From assembly GCF_006345805.1 (NCBI RefSeq), contig NC_043011.1, forward strand, positions 35,166,464 to 35,230,463: 64,000 bases of DNA. The letters run 5' to 3'. Made by a program: the position numbers and the translations under genes. The DNA is from Octopus sinensis (lineage: Eukaryota). The notes beneath the pieces were generated by a model, which worked only from the letters and a program-made list of their open reading frames with translations, was not told where the DNA came from and made no database searches. Below are positions 54,831 to 64,000 of this stretch, one piece after another (the first letter of the stretch is position 1; every line of letters starts with the position of its first letter).

Positions 54831-56160
54831 CCCATGGTTTACATTCTTCAGGGAGCTATGTCTAATAATATACATATGGAGTGTGGTTCAGTCTCTGTGA
54901 CATCAGAACCTATGAAGGAACTTGTTCAAGGGTCAATGAACGATTGTGAGATTTGAAATAGGCTTGTCTCCTCTCCTCTAAAATCTTGCAATGGATTGAT
55001 GCCCCAAGGTTGTCATCTCGGGTGTTTATACGCTATGGAAACCTGGTAAGCCGTCTTGTGAATTCTGGGGCCCAAGAAATTCTTTTCAAAAAATATGTTC
55101 AAAGCTAACACGTTCTTTGTCCGATTGTTGAGGATCCTTAGGAGCAATACTTATTCTTTGTTTCTGTAATGTTGAGCGGATGAGAGACGCGTATCCTAAA
55201 ACCTCTTAGGATGAAACTGTGGACTAATGCGCATATGCGAAGGCACATGGCTTAATGGTTAGGGTGTTGAACTCACGATTGCAAGTTTGTAATTTCGATT
55301 CCCAGACCGAGGTGTGGGGGTTGGGGTATGTGGCGTTGTGTTCTTAAGTAAAACACTTCATTACCTTTCGCTCTGGTCCACCCGGCCGTAAAGAGGTAAC
55401 TCCGCACATTGCGCACATCTTGTTCAGGTGTAACGTTGTGAGTTCGATCACTCTTTCACCATGGAGATCGGGTGGCCAGCCCTAACATTTGTTGCTCTCA
55501 AGTCACTTATGTGTACAATGGTAACCTTTACACACACACACGCACACATGCACACACATGCGCACATATGCACGCACACATGCACACACATACATACACA
55601 TGCACATGCATACATGTGCACATACACACGTCCACATGCACACATATGCACACACATGCACATACACGCACATGCACACACATATTACATGCGCACATGC
55701 ACACATGCGCACATACACACCACACATGCACACATATGCACATACAGGCACATGCGCACATACACACACCCACATGCACATACACGCACATGCACATGCA
55801 CACACAGATGCACATGCGCACATGCACACATGCGCACATACACACGCACACATGCACACACACATTCACACACACACACGCTCACACATGAACACACACA
55901 CACACACACTCACACATACACACACGCCCGTGTGCATACTTTCTTATGGGAGGAATTCAAATCCACCTAACGAGGACTGAAACCGACAGAAACATGGAAG
56001 CGTAGACCAAAATGACCTTCCGTATGTTTTGTTTTCACACTGAGGTCAACTTTAGCTTTCATTCTTTCGCGGTCAATAAAATAAAATATTAGTCCAGAAT
56101 GAATCATTTGAAGAACTGCCAGCGAGTAGGAGACAATGCCTTGTAGTGTTCCTCTCTACC

Positions 56161-56574
56161 CTTTATTCTTTTACTTGTTTCAGTCATTTGACTGCGGCCA
56201 TGCTGGAGCACTGCCATTAGTCGAGCAAATCGACCCCAGGACTTATTCTTTGTAAGCCTAGTACTTATTCTATCGGTCTCTTTTGCCGAACCGTTATGTT
56301 ACGGAAACGTAAACGCACCAGCATCGGTTGTCAAACGATGTTGGGGGGGGGACAAACACAGACACACAAACATATATACACACACATACATATATATATA
56401 TACATATATACGACGGGTTTCTTTCAGTTTCTGTCTACCAAATCCACTGACAAGGCTTTGGTCGGCCCGAGGCTATAGTAGAAGACACTTGCCCAAGGTG
56501 CCACGCAGTGGGACTGAACCCGGAACCATGTGGTTCGTAAGCAAGCTACTTACCACACAGCCACTCCTACGCCT
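56161..56574 (-). mobile_element. SINE A, full length
   Basis: Reverse complement of the reference SINE A. Confidence 0.9.
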
Positions 56575-56811
56575 ATATGTTAGGTTTCTACGTTAGGTTA
56601 AGTTCTATTTGTGAAATACAGTTGCTTTGAATTTGCATCAGAAAGAGTTCTCTGTTTGTGAAGGTTAGTTGGGGTGGGGGCGCTAGGAATGTGGTCTGGG
56701 TGTCAAGAGGGGCGGCAGCCCGAAAAAGCTTGGGAACCACAGCACTAGTATCTGGAGGTACTGGAAATGTATAAAGAGCCTTGTATGTTGCCCTTCCCGT
56801 CTAACCAAATG

Positions 56812-58060
56812 GTGAGCTGGCAGAAACGTTAGCACGGCGGGCGAAATGCGTAGCCGTATTTCGTCTGCCGTTACGTTGTGAGTTCAAATTCCGCCGAGGT
56901 CGACTTTGCCTTTCATCCTTTCGGGGTCGATAAATTAAGTACCAGCTGCGTACTGGGGTCGATCTAATCGACTTAATACCTATGTCTGTCCTTGTTTGTC
57001 CCCTCTATGTTTAGCCCCTTCTGGGTAATAAAGAAATAGGTATTTCGTCTGTCTTTACGTTCTGAGTTCGAATTCCGACGAGGTCGACTTTGCCTTTCAT
57101 TCTTTCGGGGTCGATAAATTAAGTACCAGCTGCGTACTGGGGTCGATCTAATCGACTGCCCACCTCCACAAAATTTCGGGCCATGTGCCTAGAGTAGAAA
57201 AGAATATTAAATGTTGCTGCTTACTGCAGTGAACTATACCATCCAACGATACATTCAAAGAACTCAATCAAACAATAGAATCACTGCGTAGCTAGGAATT
57301 GCCGCCATATTTCTAATTAAAACAAACTATCTTCAATAAAGAACACATTAGTTAATGTAATTCTGGATATAACATAACTGAAAATTACAGAAGAAAATGG
57401 CCAGTCATAACTTGATATCTTCGTCCATAAGTTTTTTTTATTCTCAGAGCTGACTGCGGATAAACCAGATTTTGAGCGGTGGATTTCGTGTTCGTGTTTA
57501 TAGGCTCAAAATTAAAACTTCTTGTAGCCCCTTTTTCAAGCGACTTTTCATTCAGAGGGTTGGCACACTTTACGTGAAATGCAATGCAATGTCTTCATAA
57601 TTCGTGTCATATGATGTTAATATCGCTAGAAAGGCTCATAAAATAAAATAGGTACCAGTTAATCCCTGGGGAAGAGGTCGTTGTAATCGACTTATCCTCT
57701 CCCCCGAAAATTACTGGGTCTGTGACAGAAAATTGCTGGGTCTGTGCCCCGAAAATTACTGGGTTTGTGGCCGAAAATTGCTGGGTCTGTGCCCCGAAAA
57801 CTGCTGGGTTTGTGCCAGAATTTGAAATCATTATTACAGACGTAGATAAGGCGACACGCTGGCAGAATCGTTAGGACGCCGAACAAAAATGCTTAGCGAC
57901 ATTTTGTCCGTCTTTACATTCTGAGTTCAAATACCACCAAGGTCTTCTTTGCACTTCATCCTTTCAGGACCGATCAAATAGATACCAGTTGAACACTGGG
58001 GTCGTTGTAACCGACTTAGCCTCTCCAATATAAATTGCTGGCCTTGTACCAATATTCAAC
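56812..58060 (+). mobile_element. SINE B cluster (dimer 56812-57207; tail-amplified fragment 57640-57830; old copy 57848-58060)
   Basis: B head and core similarity, with the AAAGAAATAG|GTATTTCG junction at 57039/57040. Confidence 0.85.
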
Positions 58061-58319
58061 ACCAATACCACAGCCGTAGATTTTCGAGAACTTGACGCCA
58101 GCCTACAGCGATCATATTTGTAGGGTGGTCTACTGACAGTACATGTTTGATAAATTATTGATTTCACTGGGAAGAGACACTATCAGTGCAGCTGCCACGC
58201 TGAATGTGAATTAACGTCGCTATAAATAAAATCTCAGTTTAATATACTGATACACGATGTCATCTATTGGAACATACGAAATGGTATATTGGGGAAGGCT
58301 ATGTAAATATATGCAATGA

Positions 58320-58350
58320 TAGCTGTGTGTGAGTGTGTGTGTGTGTGTGC

Positions 58351-58389
<39 letters not shown>

Positions 58390-58455
58390 AACATACGTAT
58401 ATGCATATATAAATGTTTACAGAAATATACATTTGTGTATATATTATATACGTAT

Positions 58456-58499
<44 letters not shown>

Positions 58500-58576
58500 T
58501 ATATATATATATATATATAATATGTATACACATACGTCCATACATACATATATACATATATAGTATATATGTATCC

Positions 58577-58623
<47 letters not shown>

Positions 58624-58679
58624 TATATATATAAATATGCATACACACACACAGATATATATACATACTTACGTACATG

Positions 58680-58730
<51 letters not shown>

Positions 58731-58845
58731 CCACACAAACGTACACACACATGTATGCATACATTTGTGTTTTATACATTCAAATGTATATCTCTCTCTA
58801 TCTCCCTCTCTCTCTTTCTCCCTCTCTTTTTCTCTCTCTATCTCC

Positions 58846-58882
<37 letters not shown>

Positions 58883-59178
58883 CATATATATATACACCCA
58901 CACTCACGCACACACACTCACTCAGACACACATATATATACTGAAGGAGAGTGAGAACGAGAGAAAGGGAACGAGAGAAAAAGGGAGAAGAAGAGAGACA
59001 TGTCTCCATGTATGAATATGTAAATGTATATATAGATATGTAATTGTGTTCATGAGTATATGAATATATATTTTTTTGCATATGCATAGAAACTGATATG
59101 CATATACATATGTCCGGCTGTATGTATACCTACCTACGTACATACAAACATACATACATACAAACATACATACATACA

Positions 59179-59210
<32 letters not shown>

Positions 59211-59575
59211 CATACATAAATACATACATACATACATATATAATACATACCTACATACATACATAAATACATACATACATACATACATACATGCATGCAT
59301 ACATACATACATACATACATAGATACATACATACATACATACATACATACAAACATACATACATATATACATACATACAAACATATATACATATATACAT
59401 ACATACAAACATACATACATACATACATACATACATAAATACATACATACATACATACATACAAACATACATACATACATACATACATACATACATACAT
59501 ACATACATACATACATACATACATACAACATACATACATACATACATACGTGCATGCATAGCATGCACATACAGA
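58320..59575. repeat. (TA)n, (CT)n and long (CATA)n arrays
   Basis: Directly visible. Confidence 0.9.
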
Positions 59576-59874
59576 CACAAGTACATGACTTTGTTTCAGA
59601 AACTGAATAAATAATATTCTGCTTTATTGAAATATAAATACATATTCGAGGAAACGAAATAATCGAAAAAAACAACACAAACTGGAGGTAATTGTTCCAT
59701 AAATCATAATTCATATTGCTTTTCACCTTTTTATAGTTGTATATGAAACATTGCAGGCGTCATTCAATAAACTGGACATTTGTCAAAACTGAAGCATCCT
59801 TTTGTATATAAAGCCTTTTGTATACACACACACATACACACACATATGTATGTGTGTATATATATATTTATATA

Positions 59875-60275
59875 ATAAAATACAAAATGGGACAAGAACG
59901 CAAAACAGCTGGACAACTAGGTGATACAAAAATGGACAACACAACATCCAGGTATATTCATTTTTATTGTATTGTTGTTTTTATATTCGTGTAACATCGT
60001 CTGTTTTTTCTGTCCTTGTTTTCGTATACATTCGATGCTTTTTCCAAGGAATCTAATGCTCTTAGGTTAGTTTTTCCTTGGGGCTAGCCAGATTGGAGCA
60101 ATCTCAAGATTAATCAGCCGAAATTGCGAGGATGATCCGGTTCTTGACTGAGGATAAAAGACTTCGAATGACACGTCCTTGCTTTTTTGTATCGTCTATC
60201 TGGATGCTTTGTTGTACTTTTTGTATCACTTAGTTGTCCGGATGTTTTGCGTTCTTGTCCCATTTTGTATTTTAT
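59875..60275. mobile_element. PLE-type terminal fragment with a 77-bp inverted copy of its 3' end
   Basis: 59875-59951 is the diverged reverse complement of 60200-60275. Both ends are at (TA)n. PLE assignment is by analogy. Confidence 0.55.
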
Positions 60276-60309
60276 TTTATATACATATAGCGGCGTACGT
60301 ACACTTTGT

Positions 60310-60352
<43 letters not shown>

Positions 60353-61020
60353 TATATATATATATATATATATTTCATTCACCCGGTCCGTTTGGATGAT
60401 GTGGCTGTATAACCTGCTCTGTGTAAGTATTCGACTTGTTTCGGCACGCTTACGTTAAAAAGCAATTTTAGTATGACTTTTTCTTTGTCAAAGCGCTAAA
60501 AATAACTGACCCCCCACCCAAAACAAAAAAAAAACAACCAAGATTCGACCAAATCAAAGAATAAACCCAAATACTAAGCGAACAAAGATGAACCATCTCA
60601 CTTCCATTGCACGCGCACACATACAAACACACGCGCGCCCATGCACACAGACACACAATCATTCAGAAATCTACCTTTTACATACACATATATCCCTACA
60701 GAGTTGAAACGTTGTTTGATTCGGTTTTTCCAGCGTACAATTTTCATCATCCCACTACCAAGTATAACATCACCCCATCCTTCCTTATTCATCTATCACC
60801 CCTTCTTTTCTCATTCATAAACACAAGAGTATTATTATAGTAGATTATCTCCGTAATCATGGGAGCTATGATAGAAAGCCCAGCATCACTACCGGATCAT
60901 TCTACACATCTGTGTAATTTTTCCCGCAATTCCACCCAGCCATTTGACCGTGAATCCCAAGACAAGAAAGAATCGCACATGTTGAATTTATGTATATAGA
61001 TATGTATATACATATACATT

Positions 61021-61060
<40 letters not shown>

Positions 61061-61139
61061 ATCTTTTACTTTGTGTGTGTGTCTTTTACTTTGTGTGTGT
61101 GTGTTTTATCTTTTACGACAGAAGTGACTCCAGTAATAT

Positions 61140-61360
61140 TTTGTTAAATCTGGTAATTATTTTATCGGCTTCATTTGCGGAATCGTTAAGTTACGGAGAC
61201 GTAAACAAACCAACACCGGTGCTGAAACGATAGTGAGGGTCAACACAGACACAAACACATCAGTGGCTATAACAGAAGACAATCTCCCAAGATAGCACGC
61301 AGTGGGACTAAATCGGGATCCATTAGGAAACAAGCTTTTTACCGCACAGATATATATATA
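61140..61360 (-). mobile_element. old SINE A remnant
   Basis: Contains AAGTTACGGAGACGTAAACAAACCAACACCGG and GCAGTGGGACTAAATC. Confidence 0.65.
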
Positions 61361-62311
61361 CATATAGATGCTGTTTCATTGTACCGATCTGACACCGCTG
61401 ATCACAATGCACTTCTTCGCATTGTTGTAGCTTTCAAATGATACCACCCTTCGCCCACTAACTAGGCGTGCAATTTTATGACGCATAATTCACCGAGATT
61501 TCTGCACTGCCACCAAACGGAATGCCATTCCGACGCAGGACAAACCGGTTTCTACTGACTGGGTGCGTCGATGTGAAATGAAGTTTTTTTTTGCTCAAGA
61601 AGACTAAGTACCGCTCATTCCTGGAGCTAGTATCTCTATCTTGCGATCGTGAATGGAAAATCCTAACATTCTCGACAATAAACATAAAAAGTACACAACA
61701 CCAGAGGGTCAGTTTAGATAAATGTATTATTAGCTTAAAGCTTGAAAAAGAAAAGAAAGGAGGCTTGACGTTTCCAACACTCATTCGTCACCAGAAAAAT
61801 ATAAGATAAAAATATGAGAAAACACGGTGGGAAAAATTAAAAGAAATTTGTTACGTTCATCCTTAGAACGTCTACGACATTCTTTTGAAGTGTCTTTTAA
61901 TGATATCTTTAGGGTAACATAATCTTCAACTCCTCTGACGACCATGTTTCACATGATGAGCAATGCATTTAAGAGACAAATGTGAGCAAAGTATTTTGAG
62001 ATAAACTTTGCTCATGACTTTAGTCCAACGATGAGTCATGTGCTCCTGTTATAAAGAATTGATGTCATAAGTTATATGATAAATATGTGTTTTTATATAT
62101 GTGCAGGGTGGTTGCATTTTCGTAAAGGTTATTGGTAAAGCACATCTTGCAAAAACACCAGACAGTTACATGTATTTATCAGAGTGTGGGCTGCAAATTC
62201 AAATTTCTATAGCGTGTGTCGTTACAATAATCGTGCCTCTAGACAATGCTTCTCAATGTATGTACATACATACATATATATACATACAAGCATTCACACA
62301 TACACACACAC

Positions 62312-62363
<52 letters not shown>

Positions 62364-62659
62364 GTTAAGGCCAAGTTAGCTTCGAGGAAAAGGACAAACA
62401 ACGACAACAACATCAATAGCTGTGCCAGCTGCGGCATTGTCGCGTTTCAAGTAAATGAAAGAAAAAACATGGTGTCTATCTCTCTTTCTCTCTTTTATCA
62501 CTCTCCCTCCTTCGTTCTCTCTATAGAGACAGACAGCTGCCCAAGCATCTACACTAGACATATGTCTATACGCACACAATCTTACATCTTGCCCATGTAC
62601 ATGTGCGTGTGTGTGTGTGTGTGTGTGTTTCTGTATTCGCATTATATATATACATATAT

Positions 62660-62780
<121 letters not shown>

Positions 62781-63539
62781 TATATAGATAATATGCATAT
62801 ACATACTACATATATATATATATTATATATATATATATATATAATATATATATATGCATAGATATAGCTGGACTTTGGTGAATTACATTACGGTGAATAG
62901 GTGGTTGGTCTCTTGAATATTTCACTAAGGATACTATTATAAAAACTTTACGTGTTTGTTTTGGGATAATATTAATTAGCTCTATTTACGAAATCACAAG
63001 AACTGTCCTTTTTCTAGACATATTGGCGATTCCTGTTTTACTTTAGCACTAGTTATATTTTACTATTATTTATGTACCCTGGTACCCCTATAAAAGAGGT
63101 AACCCACCAATTATTTTTCTGGATTATTTGCTAGTTTACTCTTTTGCACATCGACGTTAAGCTTCACTCTGCAAAATGGCATGATTGTAATATATTGAGC
63201 CTTCTTGCCTCATCTTGAGGCCCTGTTCTTTCTTCTTCCCTCTTCCCTTCTTTTATCTTATGTATTTGTATTCACTCTGACGAATCTCCATGTACGAGAT
63301 CGAATGTGCTATAAAGGTGACGAATATAATTTTCGGAATTTTCTTTGTAGGCACCAACTGACATTGGTAGCCGAAACGGCCGTAAGCAATGTTAAATTTT
63401 GTAGTAAAAAATAGTTAACCGATATTAGTCAATTTGTTTGTTTGCTGATCAAAAGTTTTCTCCATATTCTGCTGTTATATATATGTATATAGGTGCAGGC
63501 TGTGTGTGTGTATGTGTGTATGTGCGTGCGTGCGTGTGT

Positions 63540-63710
63540 CTGTGTACTATGAACTTTCACATAGTTTCCGTTTGGCAAATTCTCTCACAAATCAGTGATA
63601 GGCCCAGGACTGTAGTGAAAGACACTTGCCTGAGACACGCCTTTCAATGGAACTGAACACCGAAACCATACGGCTTCAATGGAGTTTCTTAACTACACAG
63701 CCATGCCTGA
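63540..63710 (-). mobile_element. SINE A 5' part, diverged
   Basis: Contains AGTTTCCGTTTGGCAAATTC..GACACTTGCC..ACTACACAGCCATGCC. Confidence 0.65.
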
Positions 63711-64000
63711 AACTATAATAATATATTTACCAATCTTAACTGTATTTTTTTATTTTTAGAAAGTTTAAAAATAAATGTTAACAGAAGGCTGCAGTTCTGC
63801 TACAAACATTTTTATAAAATGGTCTTATTTCTTTAAAATAGTTTTCATTCAAAGACCAAAGAAATATACGATTGTTGTCCCTCGTGTCCGAAAGGGACGG
63901 TTCTGCAATTTTTTGCTGAACAGCCCACATTGATGATATGTTTATTGTGATTAAATGTAAAAAGAGTAAAGACCCCTTTGGTTATAAATGACAATGGGAT

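Noticed and set aside
54830-55230. Plus-strand exon suggested by TTCAG| and CTG|GTAAGC
   Set aside because: All frames have stops, and the LYAMETW motif suggests a decayed RTE-like RT instead.
56580-56742. hAT-like terminal sequence AAAAAGCTTGGGAACCACAG
   Set aside because: Only one end was found, with no matching TIR or 8-bp TSD.
61476-61809. ORFs of 102 aa (-) and 72 aa (+) with a pyrimidine tract on the minus strand
   Set aside because: No recognisable homology or convincing donor, so the support is too weak to call.

Overview
AT-rich, microsatellite-dense, non-coding animal genomic DNA. The SINE families resemble octopus/cephalopod repeats as I recall them; this is an inference and no search was run. 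I can identify no host gene with confidence, only three weak minus-strand exon candidates. Most ORFs in the supplied track are translated microsatellites. The window is a nest of transposon relics: at least five tRNA-headed SINE families (labelled A, B, D, E, F here), Penelope-like element (PLE) RT and GIY-YIG fragments, several short PLE 3' tails, R4/Dong-like REL retrotransposon 3' ends sitting in (AAT)n arrays, Tx1/L1-like pieces, a CR1-like tail, a mariner fragment, a mariner MITE and non-autonomous Helitrons including a head-to-tail dimer. There is one 100-N gap. The most notable signal is a set of six hammerhead-ribozyme-like motifs. One forms the 3' module of a tRNA-headed SINE (19228-21730), whose internal (AAT)n array has itself taken three R4/Dong insertions. 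Also notable are an ORF1-only Tx1-like element inserted with a 14-bp TSD into a SINE tRNA head, and a SINE-B tail that resembles a Tx1-like LINE 3' end in the same window.
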